From NCBI GenBank assembly GCA_047495785.1, contig JBLDXI010000019.1, positions 248,001 through 312,000 on the forward strand: 64,000 nucleotides of DNA. Direction: 5' to 3'. Position numbers and translations under genes: made by a program. The stretch comes from Lepidodermella squamata (lineage: Eukaryota; Animalia; Gastrotricha). The notes under the pieces are model-generated. The model ran no database searches. It saw only the letters and a program-made list of their open reading frames with translations, and was not told the DNA's origin. Of this stretch, positions 63,748-64,000 are shown piece after piece (position 1 is the first letter of the stretch; every line of letters begins with the position of its first letter).

Positions 63748-64000
63748 ACTTCATCAATTGTGTTCAACTTTAACAATTGTGATAACTTGAGAACTTGTGT
63801 GTTGAGAATATTGTGGAAATTATAGAAATATTGTAAACTTTCCTAGTCGATTATCTTTTTTTCACTTTCGCACACTTGCACGCTTAGAGTGCACCATTTT
63901 TCAAATTTTCGACGGGAAATGTAACAATTAAATTGTTCTATATGAAATTAGAGACGGCTTAAACTATAGACGGCTCCACACTATTAGATGACTCTCCATG

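Larger units (their letters stand above)
56903..64000. mobile_element. CACTA/EnSpm (CMC superfamily)-like DNA transposon; left end tentative, right end not seen
   Basis: Transposase plus divergent BEN-domain gene; candidate CCCGG terminus at 56903 near where homology to the upstream duplicate ends. Confidence 0.6.

Noticed and set aside
1-64000. Assigning a species
   Set aside because: Gene content indicates an invertebrate animal with short introns, but nothing here fixes the taxon without a search

Overview
Eukaryotic (invertebrate animal-type) genomic DNA with compact genes and mostly 45-60 nt introns, some with GC-AG splice sites. Left to right: the 3' part of a CR1/L2-type LINE; two small membrane-protein genes; a large secreted PAN/discoidin/LamG lectin-like gene; two tandem short Cdc25 phosphatases; and six intact, divergent Cys-loop ligand-gated channel subunit genes (no loop-C vicinal Cys, almost no intracellular domain, PDR-type pore motif). 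These are followed by an intronless GABA-B-like class C GPCR whose frame is split by a TA-flanked MITE, about 10 CD225/dispanin-like genes plus about 8 other small 2-3 TM genes, and an aquaporin. The window ends in a CACTA/EnSpm-type transposon (transposase plus BEN-domain gene). Several MITEs, a foldback hairpin and a degenerate Penelope-like fragment with a hammerhead-like motif are also present. The best candidate for an undescribed system is the tightly packed, partly operon-like block at about 17-57 kb (divergent Cys-loop receptors, class C GPCR, CD225-like proteins), possibly a lineage-specific chemosensory or membrane-defence cluster. All family calls come from motif recognition by eye; no searches were run.
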